A model generated the notes under the pieces. The model had not been told where the DNA came from. It searched no databases and saw only the letters and a list, made by a program, of their open reading frames with translations. Of a stretch of DNA of 64,000 bases, positions 1 to 9,890 are shown in pieces; the stretch's first letter is position 1, and each line of letters opens with the position of its first letter. The translations under genes and the position numbers were made by a program. This DNA is from Candidatus Cloacimonadales bacterium (lineage in GTDB: Bacteria > Cloacimonadota > Cloacimonadia > Cloacimonadales > JAFGVF01), in contig CAXXJV010000001.1 in assembly GCA_963663475.2 (NCBI GenBank), forward strand, positions 2,464,001 to 2,528,000, read 5' to 3'.

Positions 1-903
1 ACTACCCTCAATAGCTGAAATATTACCTAGAAGTAGAGTATCTTGCTCTGATTCAAGTCTAGTATAAGCTGGATAAGTGTAAATTACTCTGATTTGATTG
101 ACAGCTATTCTTTCATATACATTAATTCTGTATATAGGGGTTTTTGCATGCTGATTAGACACATAATAATCAAGAGAATAATCTAGATTTTCAAAAACAT
201 AAGTATCAGATGTTAAGGGGATATTTCTCCATTTTTCATCTCTTCTCACTGACAAAATATAGTTTAGTTCTTTGTTATAATTATGAATAGTTAGAGGAAG
301 GTTTTGATTAGTAACTAGGCTTGTATCTCCTGGAGAAAGATTTATGGAATAATCAATCTGGGCTTTGGGCATAGCATTTAGATAAAATGAGGTCCAGGTA
401 GCTTTAAAGTTTGCGGAGAAGACTGAGAAGAGAAGTAGGTGTCCTAAAGCTAAGAAAACATAAAAAACTAGTGATTTTTTTGTTAATAGAGGAGGAAAGA
501 TAAGTCTTGTAGAAATTACTTTTTCATCACTCCTTTTGATAATCTTCTTTATAAAAGGATCATCAGACTTATAATCTTGAGATTCAAGTAATTCAAGAGT
601 TGATAAAAAAGTATCATTCTTATCTGCATTAATTTTATCAATTTTTCTAGCAGATAAATAATTGTTTAAAAATCTATCTTTTGCAGAAAATATAATATAG
701 ATAAGTAATAAAGCTCCAGTAACTCTCAGGGTTAAAGCTGTATAGAAAAGTTCTAAAGTATGCCCTTCAATTAGGTTATAGGCAACATTAAAGATTTGAA
801 ATAGAGTTATCAAAAGAAAAATAACCTCTATTGCTAATCTTCCGCTAATTATCAAATTATATTTATTTTTGTAATCTTCTATTACTTTTTTAAATTTATG
901 CAT
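1..903 (-). CDS. Membrane-anchored DUF4175-like protein, N-terminal part (runs off the window start)
   Basis: Absent from the ORF track because it is truncated. ATG at 903 gives MHKFKKVIEDYKNKYNLIISGRLAIEVIFF with hydrophobic segments; the same frame at the window edge reads IYTYPAYTRLESEQDTLLLGNISAIEGS, a YPAYT...G..S pattern seen in DUF4175-type proteins. Confidence 0.6.
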   Translation of the reverse strand, partial: MHKFKKVIEDYKNKYNLIISGRLAIEVIFLLITLFQIFNVAYNLIEGHTLELFYTALTLRVTGALLLIYIIFSAKDRFLNNYLSARKIDKINADKNDTFLSTLELLESQDYKSDDPFIKKIIKRSDEKVISTRLIFPPLLTKKSLVFYVFLALGHLLLFSVFSANFKATWTSFYLNAMPKAQIDYSINLSPGDTSLVTNQNLPLTIHNYNKELNYILSVRRDEKWRNIPLTSDTYVFENLDYSLDYYVSNQHAKTPIYRINVYERIAVNQIRVIYTYPAYTRLESEQDTLLLGNISAIEGS

Positions 904-993
904 TACAAGCCTTTATTTTTTCTTATCAACTTCACTCAATAGCTAAATTATGTCAAGAACTTAACAATATTTCTCATTTAACCTTTTTTTCAT

Positions 994-1875
994 CTACCCT
1001 AAGTTCATATATAGAAAAACTGAACCTAAGAAGATTAAGAGAATAGCTCCGATGAAAGACATAATACGTGAGATCTTGGCTATCGAAGCTTGTTTTTTTA
1101 GAGACAAACTAGCTAATGATTTAATAAACAAGGTTAAGCTATTCAAGACAATTAAAGTAAATGCCATTCCTAAGGCCATAGCTATAACCATCAACACACC
1201 AGTAGAATAAACTCCCATTTTCATTGCATATACAGCTATAATGATTGATCCTGGGCAAGGAACAAACCCTATCATAATTGCAGTTAAAAAGAGATTTTTA
1301 CCTTCATGAGAATGGTCTCTAGAGCTTTTATTAAGAATAGCTTTAATCAAAATATATATACCTAAAAGTATAATTATACCAAAGGATATATTCTGAGCTA
1401 TAATAGAAAAGCGAGTAGAATCTCTGAATAAACTCATACTTAGCAGTTTAAGAATCGCAACTAAAGTTAAACCTGATAATGAATGAAGAAAAGCAAAAAG
1501 AAATGAAGAAGCAACTATATTAGCATACTTGACTTTTGAACCGATTACTTGACTAACAAGAAAAACCTTTCCATGACCTGGTCCTAAAGAATGAATTATA
1601 CCATAAAGAAAAGCTATTCCTAAAGCTAAAAATAGAACTTTACTTGATCTATTAGTCTTGTATTCTCGTAACTTAAGAGATATGCTTCTCCTGATTTCTC
1701 TTTGTTGGTCAGTATTTTTCTCTAAAAAACTTTTCTTACTAGGCTGATCAATATTTTCAATCTTTCTGCTAGTATTTTCTTTGGCAGGTCTTCTTTCTTG
1801 TGAATGATTAAACTGACCTGGTAAAGCTATAGATATTAATACTAGTAAAAGTAAAATTATGTTCTTTAGTTTCAT
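994..1875 (-). CDS. Nickel/cobalt transporter family (RcnA/NicO/ZevB-like) membrane protein
   Basis: HSLGPGHGK motif, GFVPCPG motif, several TM helices, His-rich loop RDHSHEG; overlaps the DUF1007 gene. Confidence 0.85.
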   Translation of the reverse strand: MKLKNIILLLLVLISIALPGQFNHSQERRPAKENTSRKIENIDQPSKKSFLEKNTDQQREIRRSISLKLREYKTNRSSKVLFLALGIAFLYGIIHSLGPGHGKVFLVSQVIGSKVKYANIVASSFLFAFLHSLSGLTLVAILKLLSMSLFRDSTRFSIIAQNISFGIIILLGIYILIKAILNKSSRDHSHEGKNLFLTAIMIGFVPCPGSIIIAVYAMKMGVYSTGVLMVIAMALGMAFTLIVLNSLTLFIKSLASLSLKKQASIAKISRIMSFIGAILLIFLGSVFLYMNLG

Positions 1876-2474
1876 TTCTCAACCTTCCTGAGTGTAACTT
1901 TAACTTCTAAAGGATTTAACTGACCAAAATAATATGCTTTATCTTCATTTTCATAAACTTCTATTGTTTCTTCAATATTATCTTCCTTGATAATTCTTAG
2001 TCCTGAACTTGTATTTACATAGAACTTTGTATAAAACTCACTATCATAAATATTCAATTTTATAATTTGTTCTTCCTCACTTAAGCCAACAGGGACTTTT
2101 ATATCAAACTTATAATAGACATAGATATCTTGACTTCCTACTGAAAAGTTATAGACATCTTTAATGGGCTGTTTTTCTTCATTTAACACTAAATCTGTAT
2201 AATAGCCTACCTCCTTTAATCCTGGAAGTACGCTTTCTTTTAAATCAGCTAATTCTTGAGAATTTATATCCCCATCTCCATCGGTATCAAAGTCTTCCAA
2301 TATTATTATACTTGTTAAATCATCAAACATCCAGCGTTGACTTATAACTAAAGTATCACAGCATGTAGCATCAATATCTAAATCTACTCCAGCAAACAAG
2401 TGAGGATGTGCAGATAAACTAATATTTATTAATAATAAAATAATGATTAATAAATTTCTTCTAAGTATTTTCAT
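1872..2474 (-). CDS. DUF1007 family periplasmic metal-binding protein (ZevA-like)
   Basis: Signal peptide followed by AHPHLF, W.FD motif, EF-hand-like DTDGDGDINSQE; typical partner of the adjacent transporter. Confidence 0.8.
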   Translation of the reverse strand: MKILRRNLLIIILLLINISLSAHPHLFAGVDLDIDATCCDTLVISQRWMFDDLTSIIILEDFDTDGDGDINSQELADLKESVLPGLKEVGYYTDLVLNEEKQPIKDVYNFSVGSQDIYVYYKFDIKVPVGLSEEEQIIKLNIYDSEFYTKFYVNTSSGLRIIKEDNIEETIEVYENEDKAYYFGQLNPLEVKVTLRKVEK

Positions 2475-2588
2475 AATGTCCTCTTTTATGATAAATTTAC
2501 TTTTGCCCTTATTAGGTCAAGAATTTGTTGCAGCTAAATGCTTGAAGAGTCCTAATAATTTAAAGTCGATAAACTACTAGCGGGTATG

Positions 2589-3896
2589 TTAGTTATCTTC
2601 TTTTTCCTTAAGAAAGTTAGCTAAACTATCTAATGATCTCTGGGCATACATTTCCTTTTTCTTTTTCTTATCTCTCATATCAATAGCAGGTAATAAACCA
2701 AAATTTGCATTCATTGGTTGGAAGTTTTTCTGTTCAGTTTGAAGATGATTCCAAAGCTGACCAGAAATAGTATATTTGGGAAGTTCCTGCAAATTATTAT
2801 TGATAATATGAAAGACTAAAAGTCCTATGAAAATTGATTCAACATATCCCTCTACCCCAGCAAGTTGACCTGCAATAAAAATATTATCTTTCCCCTTTAT
2901 AGATAAATTATGATTCAAAACTTGGGGAGCATTAAGATAGGTATTTCTATGTATAGAACCATATCTCAAGAAATTTGCATTTTCTAAGCCTGGAATTAGT
3001 CTAAAGACTCGTTTCTGTTCTCCATATTTTAGCATAGTTTGACAGCCAACAAGATTATAAGCATTCTTGCCAGAGTTTTCAATTCTTAACTGGAGGGCAG
3101 CAAATGGTCTTCGATCTGTGATTGGGTCTTCTAGGCCTACGGGACGCAAGACTCCGAACCTAAGCGTATCTTTACCTCTCCGAGCTAACTCTTCTATTGG
3201 AGTACAATTTTCGTAAAACTTGAATTTGATATCGTTAAAATATTTGTTTTCAAATTCTTTAGCTTGGTGTTTTTCTGCTTGATTAAGTCCTTCAACGAAA
3301 TTATAATATTCTTCTTTAGTGAAAGGACAGTTTATATAATCGGCCTCTCCCTTATCATAGCGTGACTTGTAGTAAGCTTTTTGGAAATTGATAGAGTCTT
3401 TTTCTACAATAGGTGCAATTGCATCAAAAAAGTAGAGACTTGATTGAGGCAAATAAGGAGAAAGAGCATCAATGATTTTATCAGAAGATAAGGGACCAGT
3501 TGCTATTATGGTTAAGGAATCATCAATCTGCTCATATTCTTGATTAAAAACCTTTATATTTTCATGATTCAAAATTTTATTAGTAACTAAGTTACTAAAG
3601 TCATCTCTATCTACAGCCAAAGCATTTCCCGCAGGTACTGCACAAGCTTGGGCTAAAGGAAGTAATTTCACACCTAAGAGTTTCAATTCTTCTTTTAAAA
3701 GTCCAGAACCAGTAGTAGTAAGTTGTGATTTTAGAGAGTTACTACATACAAGTTCAGCAAATGTCTCAAGCTTATGGGCCTGAGAAAAACTTTTTGGTTT
3801 CATTTCGAAAAGCTTAACTTGCCAACCTGCATCAGCAAAATTTAAAGCTGCTTCACAACCTGCAAGTCCAGCTCCAACAATATTTATATTCTTCAT
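2589..3896 (-). CDS. trmFO: FAD/folate-dependent tRNA m5U54 methyltransferase TrmFO
   Basis: IVGAGLAGCEAA, AELVCSNSL, YFFDAIAP, AGQLAGVEGYVES and FQPMNANFGL motifs. Confidence 0.97.
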   Translation of the reverse strand: MKNINIVGAGLAGCEAALNFADAGWQVKLFEMKPKSFSQAHKLETFAELVCSNSLKSQLTTTGSGLLKEELKLLGVKLLPLAQACAVPAGNALAVDRDDFSNLVTNKILNHENIKVFNQEYEQIDDSLTIIATGPLSSDKIIDALSPYLPQSSLYFFDAIAPIVEKDSINFQKAYYKSRYDKGEADYINCPFTKEEYYNFVEGLNQAEKHQAKEFENKYFNDIKFKFYENCTPIEELARRGKDTLRFGVLRPVGLEDPITDRRPFAALQLRIENSGKNAYNLVGCQTMLKYGEQKRVFRLIPGLENANFLRYGSIHRNTYLNAPQVLNHNLSIKGKDNIFIAGQLAGVEGYVESIFIGLLVFHIINNNLQELPKYTISGQLWNHLQTEQKNFQPMNANFGLLPAIDMRDKKKKKEMYAQRSLDSLANFLKEKEDN

Positions 3897-4131
3897 TCTT
3901 ATATTACCTTATAATTTTTTTGCAATTTTTAAGAACTTGTCTTAAAAGGCAAGAATTATTTGTTTTATGAATTAATCATGCTCAAGTGTGGTGATAAATA
4001 TTTAGCGTAAAGCACATATTTAGAAAGCTTTCATAATATTTCTAGGATAAATTCTACCACACATAAAGATGATTCGATTTTAATTGACAGTTTTATTATG
4101 CTTCTAAATAGTTAGTAATTGAGAGGTCTAT

Positions 4132-5475
4132 ATGATTAATTTTACTAAATATGCTTTCTATTTAATTTTTATTGTAGTTATTGGCTGTTCTAATCAAGTT
4201 ACTTACCCAAAGGATTTAACCATCTACTCACAAAATCCTTTGGATTATCTAGATCCAGTAAATGGAGATTCTCTAATGGTAACAAAGCTACAGCAAAGCA
4301 AGACTGATTCCCTTTCCATGCGTAGATATTACTATTGCTGGAGTGATTCTCTGGCAAGTGATAGCCTAACATCTCTGAACTTACAGACCTATTATTTAGA
4401 AAAGATTCAAAATCTTAGAGACTATCCAGGAATAGGTGAAAATAAACTACTAAGAGATTCAACATTTTATTATGAAATGTCAGAGAAATGTAAGCTAGAA
4501 GAAGGTTTTAATACTTTAAAAAAGGGAATAATCTTACAAACTACAGATATAAGAGTCTTACCAACTAACAAACCCTACTTTTTAGATTTCGATAAAGCTG
4601 GTGAAGGCTACCCTTTTGATTACTGGCAAAACTCTACCATTCCTATGGCAACTCCAATTTTTATTTATCATGAAATCGATAACTGGCTTTTGATAACCTG
4701 CCATCTCTGCTCTGGTTGGGTAAGAAAAGACAAAGCTGCCTACATAAAAGATGAAGTTATTTCACAGCTACAAAAAAATAACAGAATTGCTATTATTAAA
4801 GATAAAACACCAATTTACTCCAAGACAAATGAATATTTAGGATTCGCTGATATTGGAACTTTCTTTCCCTATTTGTTTTCTGATGAGATTAATCATAAAG
4901 CTACATTTGTTAAAAGAAATGAATGGGGCTATGCAGACCTTATAGTCATTAACATTGCTAAAGATTTTGGTGAGAGAATGCCTATCCCCCTAACTCAAAA
5001 GAATATAGCACTTATTGCTTCTCAAATGATAAATCAAAACTATGGATGGGGAGGTATGTATTTTAATAGAGATTGCTCACAAATGACTCTTGATTTATTC
5101 ACTCCTTTCGGTTTAATCTTACCAAGAAATGGTAATCATCAAGCTACAAAAGGAGGTTATTTTCTTGCTCCAGAAAATATTGATAAGAAATATTATAATA
5201 AGTTCATTGTGGATAATGCTATTCCTTTTTTAAGTCTTGTTAGAATTCCTGGCCATATTATGCTATATGTAGGTCATAAGGATGGTCAAGCACTGGTTAT
5301 GCATAATATTTGGGGATTAAGAACTAAAGGCTTTTGGCGAAATGAAGGCAGGTATATAATTGGCAAGACTGTTATTTCAGGAATGAATCTAGGCAAGGAT
5401 ATCAAAGGTGTTGATAAAAAGAGATTAATGCTAAATAGACTTTCTGGAATTGTTCAACTCTTTTCGGAAGATTAA
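4132..5475 (+). CDS. NlpC/P60 family peptidoglycan endopeptidase lipoprotein with SH3 domains
   Basis: Lipobox VIGC, GEGYPFDYWQNS motif, YGWGG..NRDCS catalytic Cys, GHIMLYVG catalytic His. Confidence 0.88.
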   Translation: MINFTKYAFYLIFIVVIGCSNQVTYPKDLTIYSQNPLDYLDPVNGDSLMVTKLQQSKTDSLSMRRYYYCWSDSLASDSLTSLNLQTYYLEKIQNLRDYPGIGENKLLRDSTFYYEMSEKCKLEEGFNTLKKGIILQTTDIRVLPTNKPYFLDFDKAGEGYPFDYWQNSTIPMATPIFIYHEIDNWLLITCHLCSGWVRKDKAAYIKDEVISQLQKNNRIAIIKDKTPIYSKTNEYLGFADIGTFFPYLFSDEINHKATFVKRNEWGYADLIVINIAKDFGERMPIPLTQKNIALIASQMINQNYGWGGMYFNRDCSQMTLDLFTPFGLILPRNGNHQATKGGYFLAPENIDKKYYNKFIVDNAIPFLSLVRIPGHIMLYVGHKDGQALVMHNIWGLRTKGFWRNEGRYIIGKTVISGMNLGKDIKGVDKKRLMLNRLSGIVQLFSED

Positions 5476-5520
5476 AAAATATTTTATCATTAGGTTCAAT
5501 TATTGCTTATACTATAATAT

Positions 5521-6966
5521 ATGAGAAAAAAAATAACTTTGATTACATTATTATATCTTATCTTGAATATGAGCTATCCCTGTACCATAGGGGTTGCTTC
5601 TAATTCTATTAATGAGTCTAACAGGCCTATCCTCTGGAAATCTCGAGATATTAGTCCCACAACTATTAACACAGTTAGACATGTAGATATTCTTAATTAT
5701 GATTTCCTAGGAGTCACTTCTCCAGGACAGAATCGTATGTGGATGGGAATTAATGAGGAAGGATTGGCTTTAGCAAATTCTCTTTCCAACGACTTAACAG
5801 TTAGTGAAGGGACTTTTAATAATGGCAACTTAATATTCAATGCCTTAGGAACATGTTCTGATTTGGAAGATTTAGAAGATTACTTAGATTTCTTAAATGC
5901 CTCTAGTTTAGACCTTGAACTAAGAGGTAATTTCGTAGCCTTTGATGCTTCTGGTTCTAGTAAATTATATGAAGTAAACAATAATAATTATTGGACTTTT
6001 CCTACTAATTCTCTTAATAATCCATTTCAAATTAGAACTAATCACTCAATAAATGGTGGTGGTATGGAAGGTATTGAAAGATTAGTAAGATCTAGAAATA
6101 TTCTTGAGAATTTAGTTACTACTAACCAACTAAATGTCACTAATCTGCTTTCTCAACATACTCGTGATGTATCTGATGCCCATTCCCAAGCTTTAGATTT
6201 ACCTTGGGAATATGGTGACCCTACCCCACTTTTAGATACCTCTTATAGCATTAATAGATCAAATACCATTTCTGCAGTTGTTATTGAAGGTGTAGGTCCT
6301 GATGAAGACCCAAAATTAACTACTATGTGGTTAATAATGGGTAACCCCTTCGTCTCATATGCTATTCCTCTTCTGGTAGATCTAGACTTAAATTTATCTA
6401 TTTTAAACAGTATTTCTGAAAATTCTCCTGAGTTAGTAGCAAGACTTTGGTCTAGTGATAATGATTATTTGCTAGATACTTCCAAGTTTCTTTCAGAAGA
6501 TTTTTCACTCTTACAAGAAATAACAAGTAGAGAGAGTCAAATCTATAGTACTTTCGAAGAATTGAAATATGAATGGTTAGAAGATGATATAAACGATTCA
6601 ATAATTGCTTCTTATATAAATGAACAAGCTAGTCAGGCTTTAAATTTTTCAACACAAGTCCTCCACAATTTCACTTCTATTCATGATTCAGAAATTGCTC
6701 TTGACTCTAACCTAAAAGTTTTTCCCAACCCCTTTTATAATAATTTAGAAATCTCTTTAAAGACAGATAAGCACGAAGACGGTAAATTAAAAATATACAA
6801 TATTAGAGGGCAGCTTGTTACAGAATATAAAATTACTAGCAATGAAAAATCTTTAATATGGGATGGAAAAAATAGTAAAAAAGAGAAGATGCCTGCTGGA
6901 CTATATATTATAAGTTATCAAAGCTCCCAAAAACATGAAGTTACAAAAGCAATTTTAATGAAATAG
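5521..6966 (+). CDS. Secreted Ntn-hydrolase (C45/acyltransferase-like) with C-terminal T9SS/FlgD-type domain
   Basis: Signal peptide then CTIG (N-terminal Cys nucleophile), LWKSRD, GINEEGLALAN, RTNH; CTD VFPNPF...IYNIRGQ...WDG...KAILMK. Confidence 0.75.
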   Translation: MRKKITLITLLYLILNMSYPCTIGVASNSINESNRPILWKSRDISPTTINTVRHVDILNYDFLGVTSPGQNRMWMGINEEGLALANSLSNDLTVSEGTFNNGNLIFNALGTCSDLEDLEDYLDFLNASSLDLELRGNFVAFDASGSSKLYEVNNNNYWTFPTNSLNNPFQIRTNHSINGGGMEGIERLVRSRNILENLVTTNQLNVTNLLSQHTRDVSDAHSQALDLPWEYGDPTPLLDTSYSINRSNTISAVVIEGVGPDEDPKLTTMWLIMGNPFVSYAIPLLVDLDLNLSILNSISENSPELVARLWSSDNDYLLDTSKFLSEDFSLLQEITSRESQIYSTFEELKYEWLEDDINDSIIASYINEQASQALNFSTQVLHNFTSIHDSEIALDSNLKVFPNPFYNNLEISLKTDKHEDGKLKIYNIRGQLVTEYKITSNEKSLIWDGKNSKKEKMPAGLYIISYQSSQKHEVTKAILMK

Positions 6967-6984
6967 TTTAGGCAGAATTAATTA

Positions 6985-7587
6985 TTAGAACTTGATACTT
7001 TGGTACATTGAATTCATTTCTGCTTTTAAAGTTTCTTTTATTTTTACAAAATCTTCTTTTGATTTGACTCTTTGTGGCTTACCATATTTCATCCTAATAG
7101 TTGAAAACGGTTTTGGAAATCTAAACTTATCCCAGGAATTAAAAACCCATTCCCTATTTACATCAATAGCTACAGGCATAATATCTCTTTGAGAAAGATA
7201 GGCTGTAGTAAGAAGTCCATCTTTGATTGAATAAATTGGACCTCGAGGGCCATCAGGTGTGATAGCTATACTAGAAGATTTTAGATGTTTAATTAAACCT
7301 CTTAAAGCACTCGTTCCTCCTCTAGTAGATGAACCACGCACTGGGACATAACCTAATTTTGAAATAGGACCTGCAATAAGTTGCCCATCTTTAGATTGAG
7401 ATACTAGAACACCGATGTTTCTATCTTTATTTAATAAGGTTAAGGGAATTTGATCTCTATGCCATATCATGAAGACAGTTGGTTCTTGAGGATAATTTCC
7501 ATAAATTTCTTTCTTAATAGTTAGGTTGATTAACCTTAGTAGGAAAGCACCTAAATGTTCTTCGCACTTCAGTAAAAACTTATTCAT
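6985..7587 (-). CDS. DUF374 lysophospholipid acyltransferase-family protein
   Basis: WH, SQSKDG, RGSSTRGG, ITPDGPRGP and SWDKF..PKPF motifs. Confidence 0.9.
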   Translation of the reverse strand: MNKFLLKCEEHLGAFLLRLINLTIKKEIYGNYPQEPTVFMIWHRDQIPLTLLNKDRNIGVLVSQSKDGQLIAGPISKLGYVPVRGSSTRGGTSALRGLIKHLKSSSIAITPDGPRGPIYSIKDGLLTTAYLSQRDIMPVAIDVNREWVFNSWDKFRFPKPFSTIRMKYGKPQRVKSKEDFVKIKETLKAEMNSMYQSIKF

Positions 7588-8692
7588 AAATTATCTCTTT
7601 TATCTTTTTTGCACAGTTTTTGGATGCGCTTTTATCACCGAGGAGGCTTTTTATTCTCTTTAAGATTTGCTTAAATTCTTGCTTTCTCTGATCATTAGAA
7701 AGTATGTTTTCGATTTCATTTTTAATATTCTCAGCTGTCATATCTTCTTGAATTAATTCTTTAACAATCATATCATTAGCTATTAAATTTGGTAATCCTA
7801 TATATTTAACTCTAGAAATTCTCTTAGCAATAGCTACTGTTAAGGGATTAGCCTTATAAACAATGATAAAGGGAGTTGCAAAAAGGCTAGTTTCCAAAGT
7901 AGTAGTTCCTGATTTAGCAACTACAAAATCGCTATGTTTCATGATATCATAGTTATAATCTTTGATAAAGGTAATATTATTACTTATCTCTTTTTTCTGA
8001 AAAAAATTTAAAAATGATTCATCAGCAAGAGATATGAGATATTCTCTGTCCGAATCATTATTAGCTACTTGTAAAAATATTTCTATATGTCTTTCTATTT
8101 CTGATTTTCTACTACCAGGAAAAAGGCCAATCCATTCTTTGTTAAGATCTAAATTATAATGCTCGGCAAAATCATTCTTAGACATTTGAGCTGAAATCTC
8201 TTCAGCTACGGGATGGCCTACATAAGAGTTAGGTATATGATATTCATCTAGAAGCTTAGACTCAAAAGGATTTATACAGCAGACAAAGTCAGTATAAGCT
8301 TTTATTTTAAAAATTCGTTTATGCTTCCAGGCCCAGAATTGAGGACATATATAATATAAAACTTTAATATCAAGCTCTTTAGCTATTTTGGCAACTCGTA
8401 AATTTAAACCTGGATAATCGACTAATATTACTAAATCAGGTCTATCAGAAATGAAGATATCTCTAATTTCTTTCTCTACTTTTAAGAAAAAAGTTAAGTG
8501 TTTTATAACTTCAACAAACCCCATAACATTAAATCGTGAATATTCAAAGTGGCTCTCTAGTCCTTCTTTTTGCATTAAAGGACCACCAATGCCATAATGT
8601 TTGAAATTAGCTGATGAGTTAAGTTGTTTCATTACATACGATGCATGTAAGTCGCCAGATTTCTCACCAGCCAACCAAAATATCTTCTTCAT
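7580..8692 (-). CDS. lpxB: Lipid-A-disaccharide synthase
   Basis: AGEKSGDLH, VDYPGLN, PQFWAW, YVGHP, LFPGSRKSE, KSGTTTLE and IGLPNLI motifs. Confidence 0.97.
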   Translation of the reverse strand: MKKIFWLAGEKSGDLHASYVMKQLNSSANFKHYGIGGPLMQKEGLESHFEYSRFNVMGFVEVIKHLTFFLKVEKEIRDIFISDRPDLVILVDYPGLNLRVAKIAKELDIKVLYYICPQFWAWKHKRIFKIKAYTDFVCCINPFESKLLDEYHIPNSYVGHPVAEEISAQMSKNDFAEHYNLDLNKEWIGLFPGSRKSEIERHIEIFLQVANNDSDREYLISLADESFLNFFQKKEISNNITFIKDYNYDIMKHSDFVVAKSGTTTLETSLFATPFIIVYKANPLTVAIAKRISRVKYIGLPNLIANDMIVKELIQEDMTAENIKNEIENILSNDQRKQEFKQILKRIKSLLGDKSASKNCAKKIKEIIYE

Positions 8693-8693
8693 T

Positions 8694-9878
8694 CTAGTCT
8701 AATAAATTTAAAAATGGAGGTAATTCTATATCAATATCTGATTTACTATCAGTTTCTTGATCTTGGTTATCTTCCGAAGCTACTTCATCAGTTTTATCAT
8801 ACTTCTTTTGAAGAGATGTAAAATCTTTCATACTATTACCCATACCATATCCTTCTACTGAAGAATACTCAGTCTTCTTAGCATATTTTTTCATTGCAGG
8901 AGTATTTTCAATAACTTCATCATCAATTTCTAAACCTGTAGCAAGTACAGTAACTCTAATTTTACCTTCGTACTCAGAATCACAGAAAAAACCATTTATA
9001 CATATTATGTTGTTTCCAGTCTGACTTGTAATAGCATTGCAAGCATTCTCAAGTTCATTCATCTTCATATCATTACCAGCAAAAATATTGATTAAAAGAG
9101 CCTTACAGCCAGCAATAGAAATATCTCCTAAAAGTGGGTTAGTAATAGCTTCTTGGGCAGCCACAATAGCTCTGTCTTCTCCCTCAGCTTCAGCAGACCC
9201 TATTAAAGCATAACCCATATTAGTCATTATTGTTTTTATATCAGAAAATTCTACATTTATATATCCTGTTTTTGTAATAATATCTGAGATTGATTTAACA
9301 CCATTATAAATAATCATATCAGACTTCTTAAAGCCTTCAATAATACCAATGTCAGGATAGTGTTCAAGAATTTTACTGTTTGGTATCACTAAAAGAGTAT
9401 CTACTTGTTCTTTAAGATTATGTAAGCCCTTTTCAGCATTTGAGATTCTAATCTTGCCCTCATAAGGAAAAGGTCTAGAGACAACAGCCATTGTCAGGAT
9501 ATTAAGTTCTTTAGCAGCTCTAGCAACTATTGGGATAGCACCAGTACCAGTACCTCCCCCCATTCCAGCTACAAGAAAAATAAGGTCAGCACCTGATAAG
9601 GCTTCTTTAATTTCTTGGTAAGATTCTTCTGCAGCCTTCTCACCTATTTCAGGTAGTGCTCCTGCTCCTCTTCCATGAGTAGCTTTGGGTCCTAACTGAA
9701 TTAAGTTTGGGGCAAGAGATTTTTTCAAATCTTGAACATCGCTATTCATTGCGATAAACTCAACATTTTCTAATTTATTATTTATCATGGTGTTGATAGC
9801 ATTGCCACCAGCTCCACCAATTCCTACTATTTTAATCTGGGTTAATACAAAATCTGAAGCTTCATTAATTTCAAACAT
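8694..9878 (-). CDS. ftsZ: Cell division protein FtsZ
   Basis: GIGGAGGNA, tubulin signature GMGGGTGTG, PFPYEG, C-terminal DIELPPFL peptide. Confidence 0.97.
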   Translation of the reverse strand: MFEINEASDFVLTQIKIVGIGGAGGNAINTMINNKLENVEFIAMNSDVQDLKKSLAPNLIQLGPKATHGRGAGALPEIGEKAAEESYQEIKEALSGADLIFLVAGMGGGTGTGAIPIVARAAKELNILTMAVVSRPFPYEGKIRISNAEKGLHNLKEQVDTLLVIPNSKILEHYPDIGIIEGFKKSDMIIYNGVKSISDIITKTGYINVEFSDIKTIMTNMGYALIGSAEAEGEDRAIVAAQEAITNPLLGDISIAGCKALLINIFAGNDMKMNELENACNAITSQTGNNIICINGFFCDSEYEGKIRVTVLATGLEIDDEVIENTPAMKKYAKKTEYSSVEGYGMGNSMKDFTSLQKKYDKTDEVASEDNQDQETDSKSDIDIELPPFLNLLD

Positions 9879-9890
9879 CTCTATACCTCT

